Of a stretch of 64,000 bases of DNA, positions 10,839 to 22,028 are shown piece after piece. Position numbers and translations under genes: made by a program. The DNA is from a bacterium (GTDB taxonomy: Bacteria; Zhuqueibacterota; Zhuqueibacteria; Residuimicrobiales; Krinioviventaceae): NCBI GenBank assembly GCA_963693055.1, contig OY843751.1:2528001-2592000 (forward strand). Reading direction: 5' to 3'. Position 1 is the stretch's first letter, and each line of letters begins with the position of its first letter. The notes under the pieces were generated by a model. The model was given only the letters and a program-made list of their open reading frames with translations, had not been told where the DNA came from and did not search any database.

Positions 10839-12693
10839 ATGCATAATCTTTTAAATTTTTTTCTGTTGATTTTAATTGCATCTTTTTCATTTACTGGTTG
10901 TGAAGAAAGCTGGGATAATATGCTTGCAGAGCAGGAACAAACAGAAAATGTTGATGATTCCGGAACCGGAAATAATGATGATTTTACAAAATCTTTAGAT
11001 ACGGTTCTAGATGCCAATTGTGCTAATCATGAAGAGTTGACAGATTATATTGCAAGTAATACTGAAGCAATTAATTTTGTTTAATCTCAAGATAATACCA
11101 TTGTAAATATTAGTGATGTAACTATTAATGCAAATTCTGTAACAATAAATAGTGCCGGTGTATACAATTTATCCGGTACGCTTTCAGATGGTCAGGTAGT
11201 AGTTAATACCCAAGATCATGAAACAGTTTGGCTGTTATTAAATGGCGTAGATATTTCCAATTCATCTAGTGCTCCTTTATATATTGAAAACGCAGAGAAA
11301 ACTGTAATTATAATAGTTGATGATACTGAAAACAAATTTTCAGATCCATCAACATATGTTTTCCCCGATACTGAAACTGATAAACCCAATGCTACAATTT
11401 TCAGCAAGGATGATCTTACAATATTTGGCAATGGTTCTTTAATTGTTATGCAAATTATAATGATGCAATAACAAGCAAAGATGGTTTGATTTAAAAAAGA
11501 TGGAAATATAACTATTACTTCAGTTGATGATGGAATTCGCGGTAAAGATTATTTGATTGTCAATGACGGCAATTATAATATAGATGAAGGAGGCGATGGC
11601 CTGAAATCAGATGATGATTCTGATTCAACAAAAGGTTATATATATTGAAAGTGGTGATTTTGATATTTCTGCTGATGGTGATGCAATAAGTGCAGAAACG
11701 GATGTACTTGTTACAGATAGTGATTTTAATATTATCTCAGGTGGAGGAAGCAGCCATAATGTATCAAGCAGTGTTTCTGCCAAAGGAATTAAAGGCATAG
11801 TAAATGTTATTATTAATGGTGAAAATTTTGTAATCAATTCGGCTGATGATGCAATTCATTCTAATGGAAATATTGCAGTAAATGGTGGTCAATTCAGTAT
11901 ATCATCCGATGATGATGGTATACACGCAGGTCAAGCTTTGACCATCAATGATGGAGAAAATGATATTCAAAATCTTATGACGGAATAGAAAGTACAGTTA
12001 TTACAATCAACGGGGAAACATTTATCTTGTTTCAAGTGATAATGGATTAAATGTCGCAGGTGGATCAGATGGATCCGGAAATGGTGGATACCCAGGAGGT
12101 GGGGGACCTGGTGGTGGCTCAGGATCTAATTCGAATTATTATCTTTCTATGAATGTGGATTTATTGGTATTGTTGTAACTGAAGATGGGATGGATATGAA
12201 TGGAAATATCACTATGACAGGTGGAAAAATTATTGTACATGGTCCAACATCCAGTGCTAATGGTGCTTTGGATTATGATCTTTCATACAAGATGAATGGC
12301 GGATTATTAGCTGTAGCCGGCAGCTCCGCAATGGCCCAGGCACCTGGTACCAATTCATCACAATATTCTTTATTAATAAATTTTCGATCAATAAATAATG
12401 CGGCTACAGTTTTTCATATTCAAAACAGTTCAGGAGCAAATGTGTTAACCTTTGAACCACAGAAAAGATACAATTCAGTTGCATTCTCTTCGTCTTTATT
12501 AACAAAAGGAGAGACATTTACAGTTTATACAGGTGGTAGTTCTACCGGTTCACCAAACTTGGGATATTATGAGGATGGCAGCTATATCGCAGGTACTCAA
12601 GTAACAACTTTTACAGTTTCAAGTACAGTAACAAAAATTACAATTTATGCCACAATCTTTATTTTATATTTATTAGAAAGGTCTTATGTCTAG
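10839..12693 (+). pseudogene. Cthe_2159-like (DUF4353) beta-helix carbohydrate-binding lipoprotein, multiply broken
   Basis: Lipobox FTGC, then fragments ITSAGVYNLSGTLSDGQVVV-like, SKDDLTIFGNGSL, DDGIRGKD, DDAIHSNG, NGALDYD spread over several frames with stops. Confidence 0.85.
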
Positions 12694-13406
12694 TTTTTGT
12701 AATGATATTTGATAATACACCAAATTGCCCATATTCCATCTCTCCAGGATATTTTTTTCCCGGAATTATATGTGCGAGGTTGATAAGATATATCTACTTC
12801 TTTGATTCTAATCCCAGCAATTTTTGATAGTTTTGCAGTAATTTCAGGCTCAAAGCCAAAGCGATTTTCCCGGATGGTTATGTTTTCCATGTATTTAGTT
12901 TTAACAAGTTTGTAACAAGTTTCCATATCTGATAAATGATTACCTGAAAACACATTTGAAAAAATTGTTAAAAAACGATTTGCAATATAATGCAATGTGC
13001 ATTTGTTTTGTTTTCTATTTTTAGAGAACCTTGAACCATATACAACATCTGCCTTGTTTTCAAGTATTGGTTCAAGTAAATTGTTAAATTCATTCGGATT
13101 ATATTCAAGATCGGCATCTTGTAAAATAAAATATTCCCCGGAGACTGCTTTAATTCCTGTTTGAATCGCAGCACCTTTGCCCCGATTAATTTCGTGTGAG
13201 AAAATTATCAGATCATGATTTTTATATTGGTACAAAAGCTTTTTTGTATTATCAGTAGAGCCGTCATCAACAACAATAATTTCAAGTTCTATATCATCAA
13301 AAAGCTTGATGGATGCTACTTTGTCAATGATTTGAATTAATGTATTGCCTTCGTTATATGTTGGAATAATTACTGATAATTTTTTTATCATTATTATTTG
13401 TTCCAT
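12690..13406 (-). CDS. Glycosyltransferase family 2 (DPM1-like)
   Basis: SVIIPTYNE, VDDGSTD, NRGKGAA, QDADLEY, DMETCYK, RFGFEPE. Confidence 0.93.
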   Translation of the reverse strand: MEQIIMIKKLSVIIPTYNEGNTLIQIIDKVASIKLFDDIELEIIVVDDGSTDNTKKLLYQYKNHDLIIFSHEINRGKGAAIQTGIKAVSGEYFILQDADLEYNPNEFNNLLEPILENKADVVYGSRFSKNRKQNKCTLHYIANRFLTIFSNVFSGNHLSDMETCYKLVKTKYMENITIRENRFGFEPEITAKLSKIAGIRIKEVDISYQPRTYNSGKKISWRDGIWAIWCIIKYHYKN

Positions 13407-13485
13407 TTAACAAGAAGCACATATTGGTATTACTACAATTCAAAGCGATTTTTTTAAATGAAACAATGTGCCAGCTTGAACAGAA

Positions 13486-15342
13486 TTAATGGTCTCGTGA
13501 ATATTCTGCTGCCTGAATATTTCTTTGGGCTTGTTCATTACCCGGTTCTAGCCTTAAAAAGTCATTCCAAATTTTTATAGCATTATCATATTCCTTTAAA
13601 TGGTAATATGACAAGCCCAAATTCATTAATGCCTGTTTATTACCCGGTTCAAGTTCTATAGACTTGGCGAGGTAACGGTTTGCCCGTTGGTATTGCTTAC
13701 GCAATAACAAGAGGCTGCCCAAATTACGCAGAGCATCTGGTCGGTCCGGCTCTAATTGAATTACTTTGTTAAAAGCTTCATATGCATCGTCATAGTTTTT
13801 CATTTTGAGATTTGCAATACCCAAATTATAAAAAGCATTAGCGTTGCCCGGATTTTGATAAACAGCCTGTTTACCCCAAAATACTGAACGTTCAGGATTC
13901 CCTTCGATGAGATATGATAACGCCAGATTATAATACTCGTTAGAATCAGTAAATGCACGTAATTGATAATTAGTAAATTTAGTTTGTCCTGCGAATAGTA
14001 ATAACAAAACAACAAAGAGAATAATATGTTTTTTAGTGAGTTTATTATAAACGTCAAGTAAACTCCATATACCAACAGAAGTCAATATTATCAGAAAAGG
14101 CATTGCAGCCATTCGGTACCGTGAAGCCATAAAGAAAATTATTATACTCAGAGAAATTGCAAGAATAGTAGCAAACATTAACCAATATTTTCTCCATTGT
14201 GGTGCAAGAACAATTATACCTATAATTGCAAATGGCATATAGAATATCAGGTTGAAAATAGGTATTTTTAACATAGGTGTTTGCTTTTGATGAAAATAAT
14301 AGTTGTAATTCAAAGGAGTTTCATAAGAAGACCAGAAAAGGGCGGTCTTTTTGAGCATCAATGCTGACCATTTTATTGGATGATGCAATATAAAAGAAAA
14401 TGATTTTTTGTACCAAAAAAAAGATACCTGATTTAATGTTAATTCTTTTCCTGTCTCTGCTTCTGCAAATTGTTTAGATTGCTCAAGATTAATTGCGCTA
14501 ACACTTGCATCAAGTCCTTCCGGAGCCTCCCAGGCACCACTTGCATTTTCATGATTACCAATAAAAAAGTTGATACCACCATGTGTAGTAAGAATTGAAA
14601 AGGAATCTCCCGCAATTTTATTATGTATTCCGGTAAGTAAAAGCGGTATTGCCAAACCTATAAATAAAAGTAAAGAGGGGAGAGCCGCTTTTTTTAAATT
14701 TTCTCTTTGAGTGAGATAATAATAAATAAATGGAATGGGGACTAACAACAACAGGTTGGGTCTGCTGGTTATGGCAAGTGCAAGTGATAAACCTGATAAA
14801 AATGAAATGAAAAGTGAAAAGCGATTTTTTGTTGTTGTTAATAAAAGGTAAATACTGCTAACCGTAAAAAAAGTTGCCATAGAGGTACCAACTAGATTAC
14901 TCTCATAAAACATAAATGGCATATAAACCGCAGCAAGAATACCTGCAAGAACACTTTTTCTTTTATCAAAATACTTGTTTGCTATACCATATGTCATCAA
15001 TGCCGTGAGTGCACCAGCTGCAAATTGTATAACACGTATTGTATTGATATAATAGCCAAAGATAGTGTAAATTAAAGCAAGAAAATAAATATAAAATGGA
15101 GAAATATAAAAGGGCTGATCCAGAATTATACTTTTGTCAATAACACTGTTCGCCAATTTGTTAAACAATGCAGAGTCATGGATCAATCTACCATAAACCG
15201 GGTTTGTATCCTGAAATTGAAAAAAATAAATAACTCTAAATAGTATTGCAACAGCAAGTATAACCAAACTCCAGGGTATATTGTGTTTGGTTTTGTTGAT
15301 TTCAACGCCTTTAGATTTTTGTTGTAGATTCTTTTTGCTCAT
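13486..15342 (-). CDS. Membrane glycosyltransferase (GT-C/ArnT-PMT-like) with C-terminal TPRs
   Basis: Multiple TM helices, HGGINFFIGN, SRYRM; C-terminal YNLG..NLG TPR repeats. Confidence 0.8.
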   Translation of the reverse strand: MSKKNLQQKSKGVEINKTKHNIPWSLVILAVAILFRVIYFFQFQDTNPVYGRLIHDSALFNKLANSVIDKSIILDQPFYISPFYIYFLALIYTIFGYYINTIRVIQFAAGALTALMTYGIANKYFDKRKSVLAGILAAVYMPFMFYESNLVGTSMATFFTVSSIYLLLTTTKNRFSLFISFLSGLSLALAITSRPNLLLLVPIPFIYYYLTQRENLKKAALPSLLLFIGLAIPLLLTGIHNKIAGDSFSILTTHGGINFFIGNHENASGAWEAPEGLDASVSAINLEQSKQFAEAETGKELTLNQVSFFWYKKSFSFILHHPIKWSALMLKKTALFWSSYETPLNYNYYFHQKQTPMLKIPIFNLIFYMPFAIIGIIVLAPQWRKYWLMFATILAISLSIIIFFMASRYRMAAMPFLIILTSVGIWSLLDVYNKLTKKHIILFVVLLLLFAGQTKFTNYQLRAFTDSNEYYNLALSYLIEGNPERSVFWGKQAVYQNPGNANAFYNLGIANLKMKNYDDAYEAFNKVIQLEPDRPDALRNLGSLLLLRKQYQRANRYLAKSIELEPGNKQALMNLGLSYYHLKEYDNAIKIWNDFLRLEPGNEQAQRNIQAAEYSRDH

Positions 15343-15430
15343 TACCGTTGTAACTCCGTTGTATATTCATTTTATCAGCTAAAAATACAAAGGCTAAAAT
15401 GTTAATTCAAGAACAATTTGCATTTTTGAT

Positions 15431-15468
15431 AAAAAAAAACGGGTTGGTCTACACCAACCCGTTTTTTA
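15431..15468. terminator. Intrinsic terminator after the PorV-family gene
   Basis: aaaaaaaacgggttgg-tcta-ccaacccgtttttt hairpin. Confidence 0.75.
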
Positions 15469-15479
15469 GGGTAATTGGG

Positions 15480-16592
15480 TTAAAAATCCATGCTAAGAGA
15501 ATAAACATGGACAGCATCAAACAAGGTATCACCAGTATCCTTGAATGCATAATCCAGACGGAAATCGCCTTGTGGCAGATTTAAATTAAAACCTGCACCC
15601 AGGGTCAAACCTTCTGAAGAGTAATTGAATTTATAGCCCGCGCGAACATACAACATTTTGTTCAAAGAATATTCCAAACCGGTATTAAGCTGTTCACTCC
15701 AATCATGAGGATGTAAATAATCAATATTTACTCTCAGATCCATACCTTCTTTTTCTTTGTTCAACAGTTCAAAAACGCTGGCTGTTGTAGCGATGCGAAA
15801 AGTCAATGGAATGTCATATGATTCTGCTTCATATTTAACTTCCTGACCAAAGTTACGAATACTCATCGCAATTGTAAGATTACGGAATCCAGTATTATAC
15901 ATGGTACCGATATCAAAGGCAATTACACCCTTGTTAGCTTTGTGATTTTCCTGAACCCAACCATTATCAGTTTCATAAGCGATACGTGATGAAACGCCTG
16001 TACCACCCAAAAGATCCTGGTACGCATATTTAAACTGACCACCAATTGCAAATTGAGAAGAAATTTGGCGGGCATATCCAACACCCAGAACATATTCAGA
16101 GGGTTCGAGAGTACCGATATCATTATAACCGGCTTCATTTGTTGCAATTTCAGTAGCTTGAATTGGATCACCATAATCAAAAAACATAGCACTAATACCA
16201 AATGTACCAATGTTTTCAAAAGTCATGGCTGCAGCACCATAATTCAATTTGGTATCCATAATCCAGTTATTGCTACCAATCATAACAGAGTATTTATCTA
16301 CAAACGCCAAGCCAGCCGGATTGTAAAAGAGTGCAGAGGCGTCATGAACTTCTGCTGCGCCTGCATCTCCCATTGCCATCATTCTGCCACCAGCACCGGC
16401 AGCTAAAAACGGCATGGCTGCTTGACCTGCTCGTTGCCATCCTTCTAAGTCATCAATTCTACCTGCTCCATAAGGTTCAACTTGTGCGAAACTCGGAACA
16501 GATAGGGTCAGAAGCAATGTAAGAACAAGCGAAAACCGAATAAAAGTCTTCATTGTTCGTCTCCTATTAAATTCTATTGATATCTTATTCAT
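15480..16592 (-). CDS. PorV/PorQ-family outer-membrane beta-barrel (true start probably MKTFIR)
   Basis: FLAAGAGGRMMAMGDA, ALFYNPAGL, FDIGTMY, MSIRNFG, VRAGY; C-terminal F. Confidence 0.85.
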   Translation of the reverse strand: MNKISIEFNRRRTMKTFIRFSLVLTLLLTLSVPSFAQVEPYGAGRIDDLEGWQRAGQAAMPFLAAGAGGRMMAMGDAGAAEVHDASALFYNPAGLAFVDKYSVMIGSNNWIMDTKLNYGAAAMTFENIGTFGISAMFFDYGDPIQATEIATNEAGYNDIGTLEPSEYVLGVGYARQISSQFAIGGQFKYAYQDLLGGTGVSSRIAYETDNGWVQENHKANKGVIAFDIGTMYNTGFRNLTIAMSIRNFGQEVKYEAESYDIPLTFRIATTASVFELLNKEKEGMDLRVNIDYLHPHDWSEQLNTGLEYSLNKMLYVRAGYKFNYSSEGLTLGAGFNLNLPQGDFRLDYAFKDTGDTLFDAVHVYSLSMDF

Positions 16593-16606
16593 TCGTTAAT
16601 CCTGTA

Positions 16607-18742
16607 TTATCGAATGATTACCAATTTACCTTTCGCAACCTCGCCTTCCAGCGGACCTGCAGTAACTTCGATGGTGTAAAAATACACACCTGAAGCAGGG
16701 TATACATTATAATCCGTTATAATGGGTGACCAACGTTCATCACCTGAACCGCTGGTATGGTTCAAAGTTTTGATTTTGGCGCCCATTGAATTATAAATGT
16801 TGATTTCGCATTTTTCAGGCAGGTTTACGAATAATACTGTATTCTGTTCACGACGTCCGCCATCATAATTAAAGCCGGTAGAATTATGAGGTTGACTTTC
16901 TGAATAATTATTACCTTTAACATTAATGGGGTTTGGCACAACACGAACCTTGTCAGCCCAATCACCCGTTGATACAGGGGTACGGTAAGGGATTACCTCT
17001 TTGTTAATACGTGTAAAGAAAGGATTGCTTTCCAAACCATTAGCATCAACTGAGACGATATTATAAAAGTAACTGTTACCACGAACCAAACCTGGATCTT
17101 CAAATGTAGTTTCGGTAGTTTCTTCGTGCATGTTATAAACTCGTGCGTTATCTATACCACCAATTGCACGATAAATACGATATTTTTCTGCACCTGGAAC
17201 AGCATCCCAAGTGATTGTTGCCATTTCCGGTCCAGAAGTCATTTTAATATTGGTTGGCGGATCAGGAAGACGTGGTGCGGTTAGTCCATCCTGTGTGTAC
17301 AGTTTTTTTGCCAGTTCAAATTTAGCAAAAAGATCGTCACGTCCTGTTTCATAGATCTCTTTTTTAGCGTCAGCAAGAGCTATTGTACCCTTTTTTACGC
17401 CATCACCCAATTCAATAGCTCTGGCTTCTGAAACTGATCCAACAGCATAAGCTACAACGACCTTGATTTCGTCATTAGCTGCCATATTTAAGGGACCAAT
17501 TCCAAACATAGGATCATAATTGGGTTGACCTTCAGCAAGTTCCTGATAAGGATCATCCGAAAAACCATCCATATACATGGGGTTTCCGTCTGCACCAGTC
17601 ATCAGATTCCAGGCCTGGCCCATGTCATCACCATTTACAGGGGATTTAACATTTTTGTACAACTGATAACGAAAAGTTGCAGGTTGTGACGGATCGTCAC
17701 CACCACCTGGAGTGGATTCGACTTCAATAAAGCACATACCACATATTTCCGGAGCCATAAATTCACCGGTTGGTAAATCAGCGGTATAATTTGGACCACC
17801 TCGTGGATCAAATTGATCATCACCGCTAATATCTGCAGCATCGCCGTCCCATGTCCAGAAATACCGTGTTTGTGGATCATATTCCAACAACCAATCAACT
17901 TCACCATTGTATTCGAGATCATCACCACCAAATTCAGACCAGTCATAGGGGGGGGCAATCAAATTTCTTGCTCCCAACCATAAATCTGAAAAAGTTTGGC
18001 CAGGCTTCTCAATGTCTGGTAATTGAAAATTACATTCACCGCTATTTTTGATTGTTGTTTCATAAATCAAAATACGGTTGTAATCGGGATGTGACCAACC
18101 GTAAACAGTACATTTGAATTCGAGACCAATAGGGTCACTCCATTCGGCTGTTACTTGTCCGTCGGCAGTAAGGTCACCATCAACTGTCCAATCATTACCA
18201 AAAGGATTGAAAGCAATAGGTGTTTGGACCGTTCCATCAACAGAGATCTCTGGCATATCAACACGATTGTATAATATCGGTGTTGCATATTTGGGGGTAT
18301 TGACCAAAGAGCTCAAAGTCACAGGGCCATTGTCATTAACAAAAACGTCGTACAATTTTCCTGGTTCATAAACAGCTTCGGCACCAATCGGACCCCATTT
18401 AGTGGCCTCTGGTGCTTGCCAGTTTGTTGCACCAGCCCACCAGCCAAAATGACCCGTAATAGGTTTACCATTGCCTGAAGTATGGCCTACACTGTTGATA
18501 TCGGCACCATGGTAGCCAATATCATTAGCATAATCTGGCCATGGCTGCCAGTTTTGCCAGAGGTTGGGGTGAATTTGTCCGTTTGAAGTAATACCGGACA
18601 CCCATGAAGCACCCTGGGCATCAATAGCCCAAGTTAACTCACCTACCAGTACATATCTTTGAACCTGTGCGTTAGCTATCGTGGCTAAAAACATCACAGA
18701 TAGTAGTATAATTAAAAGCTTTTTCACAGCTTTGTCCTCCAA
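16607..18742 (-). CDS. Secreted FN3-domain protein with T9SS-like C-terminal domain
   Basis: Signal peptide; FN3 (ITWDAV..YRIYR..YFYNIVSVD); VRVVPNP...ASGVYFY...KLVIIR. Confidence 0.8.
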   Translation of the reverse strand: MEDKAVKKLLIILLSVMFLATIANAQVQRYVLVGELTWAIDAQGASWVSGITSNGQIHPNLWQNWQPWPDYANDIGYHGADINSVGHTSGNGKPITGHFGWWAGATNWQAPEATKWGPIGAEAVYEPGKLYDVFVNDNGPVTLSSLVNTPKYATPILYNRVDMPEISVDGTVQTPIAFNPFGNDWTVDGDLTADGQVTAEWSDPIGLEFKCTVYGWSHPDYNRILIYETTIKNSGECNFQLPDIEKPGQTFSDLWLGARNLIAPPYDWSEFGGDDLEYNGEVDWLLEYDPQTRYFWTWDGDAADISGDDQFDPRGGPNYTADLPTGEFMAPEICGMCFIEVESTPGGGDDPSQPATFRYQLYKNVKSPVNGDDMGQAWNLMTGADGNPMYMDGFSDDPYQELAEGQPNYDPMFGIGPLNMAANDEIKVVVAYAVGSVSEARAIELGDGVKKGTIALADAKKEIYETGRDDLFAKFELAKKLYTQDGLTAPRLPDPPTNIKMTSGPEMATITWDAVPGAEKYRIYRAIGGIDNARVYNMHEETTETTFEDPGLVRGNSYFYNIVSVDANGLESNPFFTRINKEVIPYRTPVSTGDWADKVRVVPNPINVKGNNYSESQPHNSTGFNYDGGRREQNTVLFVNLPEKCEINIYNSMGAKIKTLNHTSGSGDERWSPIITDYNVYPASGVYFYTIEVTAGPLEGEVAKGKLVIIR

Positions 18743-18788
18743 TTTATTGATTTAGTTATTTAAGCAATACATGAATCTTGTACGACTA

Positions 18789-21700
18789 TTAGAAATATAG
18801 TCTTAAACCAAACCAATAATCACGTGGAACATCCCAGAAATAATATAGACGCTGCACTAAACTATCCATGCCTTCAACCTCATCGCCAAAACTTTTACCT
18901 TCAGCTTCAAGGGCATCATAATATTTCTTTTCCATTTCTTTCCAATCACCATTTTCCTGGCGTGCAACAAGGCGTTCAAAACGTACACGCTGATCGTCCC
19001 AGTCCATATACTGGTTCAGGTTTTTGATGTTGAACAAGTTGGTGATATCCATAAATGCTCCGGCTGATATACCGGCAAATTGAAACCGTTTTTCCAAATG
19101 TAAATCGGTCCGGTTGTAATTCTTAACTCGTCCGTTATATACGCCTTGCATTCTCTGCAGGCTGTTCGGGTTCCAAATATAAGAACGACCCTGGCGGAAA
19201 TAATGAGAAACTGAAAAGTCCCACCATCCAAGTAATTTAGAATCACCAACTACTGGACCCGGGCCCCAGTCAGCAGGAGAATGCAATGCAACATTTAATT
19301 TCCATTTCCATGAACCAGGCTGTTGAGTGTCACTTACATATGTATCTCCGAGAACACGAAGTTGATCCGTCATAGTTGGATCAGATGCAAATTCAGGAGA
19401 TTCAGGATGATAAATACTGGACCACCCATAACGATAACCCTTTTCAATTGAATAGTCTGCATTAAAGAAACCAGTAATAAAAGTTCCGTAACGTTTTTCA
19501 ACATTAAATTCGAAACCTTTTATATCTCTCGCCCGACTGTTCCATTCATAAGAAGGACCACCATCTCTGCCTCGCATACTACCATCATCTATATCTTGAG
19601 TAACGTCCTTATAGTATGCTGAAACATTGGCTACATAATTGCCAAACAGGCGCTGTTCCCATCCCGTTTCAAACTGAACTGTTTTGGGAAGCAGTAACCA
19701 TGGATTACCCATTTCTTCTACAGGTTCATCATAACCAACCTGCCAACGGTACAGCCAGTCATTGGTGACTGTATCATAGAAATGACCATAGTTGAAATAG
19801 ATTTTACTCTCTGGTCCTATGGGGTGAGATACACCCAGGCGAGGACTCAGGTACCATTGCATATCAGGATGTACATCCGGTTCTAAGCCATAATAGTTTT
19901 CATAACCAGATGTGAACGCATTGTCACCATAGCGCATCCAGTGTTCGTTCCATAATGAAGGAGTGCGAGGGAAGAAAAGATCGTTACGATCAAACCAGCT
20001 ATCGTTTGGTTGTACAACATCCAAACGAAGACCCAGGTTCAAGATCATACCGCCATATTCCATCTTGTCCTGAACATATGCAGCACCCTGCCAAGACAAT
20101 GTGTGAACATCGTGCCAGTTTGCTTGGTCGCCAGGAGCACCGTCATCTTCGGTTCCCCAAATGCCATCGTCACCATTGCGAAAGTCTTCATTGATAATAA
20201 ACAAATAGTTCTGTGTGTAACCGGTACGTTCCAGAACGTCTTTGTACAGATATTCAACACCAGCTTTGAATTGGTGATTTGCATTAACCTGGCTAGTAAT
20301 ATCATAGTTAAATTGGAATGTTTGGGTTTGGCTCATGTCCATTGAACGTTCACCACGTAGTCCATACAATCCAAGAATATCAGACGAAGCACCTTGTTGA
20401 TATGCCCAACCTTTTGGAGATTCGTCCAGCCAAATGTTATCATTGACCTGATAAACATCACCAAGCGTACGCAAACGAACGTTACCTAATTGTTGGTAAT
20501 CAGCATTTGCATAGGTCATTTTTACATCATAATAAGTGCTGGGATTCAAAGTATGGGTAAATGTAGCATTAGCGATTGTTGTATAGATGCCTTTTGGAAC
20601 CAAGCCTGAATCACGATTGTAAACAGAGTTGTTTCCATTTATGGTATTCTGAACACCTTCTGAAAGTAAACCCTGGGTACCTTCACGAGGTTCGGGGTCA
20701 CCATTTTCAAAGGTTTTCATGTCAGTGTATAAACCATTGGCAACGATTTTCATATCAGGACTGATCTGATAGATCAATTTACCTTGTGTTGTATTCCATC
20801 CGTATACACCACCGGTTGAAGTGGGGTAAGCATACATGGAATTTTCACGAATGTGTGACAAGACAAATGAAAGTTTGTTATTGGTAAAAGGTACAGGACC
20901 GCCGAATGAAAAATCACCAACCCAATCACTCTGGTAACCATACCAGTTAAAAGCTTCATCGTGAACGGATGGTATATTGTAAAGTTGATCTACGGTACCA
21001 ATCTCTTTACCGTCATACAAAACATTACCGTCAGTATCTTCTGAACGATGACGCCATTGCCAGATTTTAAATGCGTCTTCAGCAGAAATGCTTTCATCTC
21101 CATATGTATTGTTGGCTGCCCAAGACGTCCAGCCTTCAAAATCGGGCTCGCCATCGCCATTTTTATCAGCAGATGGAGCGCCGCCATTCCAGTCATAACG
21201 ACCATATTCCCACCAGTTGTTATTGGAGAAAATATAAGGACCAAAATGTTTCAAGCCGGGATAATCAGGATCATCGCCGCCCATTAATGGACTGACACGG
21301 GTTTCCATATTGAAAAAGTATTTTTGTTGCGGGGTTTTGCTTACTATATTTACAATACCTGCGCGGGCATTACCAAATTCAGCATTAAAACCACCGGTAA
21401 GTAACTGAACTTCCTGGATCGCAGTGGTAGAAACCATGCTCATACCTTGATCCATACGTTCATTACGTAAACTTACACCGTCCAAATAGTAACCGATTTC
21501 TTTATAGTTACTACCACGGATTTCAATACCTTTTTCACCCTGCTCAACACCAGCCTGGCTAACCAGGGCATTGTCAAGGTGCATTGAAGCAGGAACAGCT
21601 TGCATTTTGTCAGCACTCATATTGTTTTGACTAAATGAAACGTCCTGACGTATAATTTCACGATCTGCAGTAACCGTTACTTCTTCACCAGTTATTGATT

Positions 21701-22028
21701 CCTGATCAATAGCAAAATCAACTCTTGCTGTACGATCGATTTGTACTAGAACATTTTCAACAACTTTTGAAGTATACCCAATAAAAGTAACACGCAGTTG
21801 ATACGTTCCCGGTGGTACGTTAATAATAAAGTAATTACCATCGATGTCGGTTGCGCCACCCATCGATGTTCCTTCAATAACAACGTTTGCACCAGGAAGT
21901 GGTTCACCAGTGCTATTATCTTTTACAACACCTGCGACTTTACCGGTTGTGGCAGAAAAGCCGATTTGTGTCAATAATAGGAGAGCAATGAGAATCCACA
22001 CTGGTTTAAAATCAACATACTTGAACAT
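18789..22028 (-). CDS. TonB-dependent receptor with carboxypeptidase-regulatory-like N-domain
   Basis: TGEPLPGANVVIEGT, TGGFNAEFG plug, SPRLGVSHP, C-terminal GLRLYF; ATG 22028 follows AGGAGG. Confidence 0.92.
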   Translation of the reverse strand: MFKYVDFKPVWILIALLLLTQIGFSATTGKVAGVVKDNSTGEPLPGANVVIEGTSMGGATDIDGNYFIINVPPGTYQLRVTFIGYTSKVVENVLVQIDRTARVDFAIDQESITGEEVTVTADREIIRQDVSFSQNNMSADKMQAVPASMHLDNALVSQAGVEQGEKGIEIRGSNYKEIGYYLDGVSLRNERMDQGMSMVSTTAIQEVQLLTGGFNAEFGNARAGIVNIVSKTPQQKYFFNMETRVSPLMGGDDPDYPGLKHFGPYIFSNNNWWEYGRYDWNGGAPSADKNGDGEPDFEGWTSWAANNTYGDESISAEDAFKIWQWRHRSEDTDGNVLYDGKEIGTVDQLYNIPSVHDEAFNWYGYQSDWVGDFSFGGPVPFTNNKLSFVLSHIRENSMYAYPTSTGGVYGWNTTQGKLIYQISPDMKIVANGLYTDMKTFENGDPEPREGTQGLLSEGVQNTINGNNSVYNRDSGLVPKGIYTTIANATFTHTLNPSTYYDVKMTYANADYQQLGNVRLRTLGDVYQVNDNIWLDESPKGWAYQQGASSDILGLYGLRGERSMDMSQTQTFQFNYDITSQVNANHQFKAGVEYLYKDVLERTGYTQNYLFIINEDFRNGDDGIWGTEDDGAPGDQANWHDVHTLSWQGAAYVQDKMEYGGMILNLGLRLDVVQPNDSWFDRNDLFFPRTPSLWNEHWMRYGDNAFTSGYENYYGLEPDVHPDMQWYLSPRLGVSHPIGPESKIYFNYGHFYDTVTNDWLYRWQVGYDEPVEEMGNPWLLLPKTVQFETGWEQRLFGNYVANVSAYYKDVTQDIDDGSMRGRDGGPSYEWNSRARDIKGFEFNVEKRYGTFITGFFNADYSIEKGYRYGWSSIYHPESPEFASDPTMTDQLRVLGDTYVSDTQQPGSWKWKLNVALHSPADWGPGPVVGDSKLLGWWDFSVSHYFRQGRSYIWNPNSLQRMQGVYNGRVKNYNRTDLHLEKRFQFAGISAGAFMDITNLFNIKNLNQYMDWDDQRVRFERLVARQENGDWKEMEKKYYDALEAEGKSFGDEVEGMDSLVQRLYYFWDVPRDYWFGLRLYF

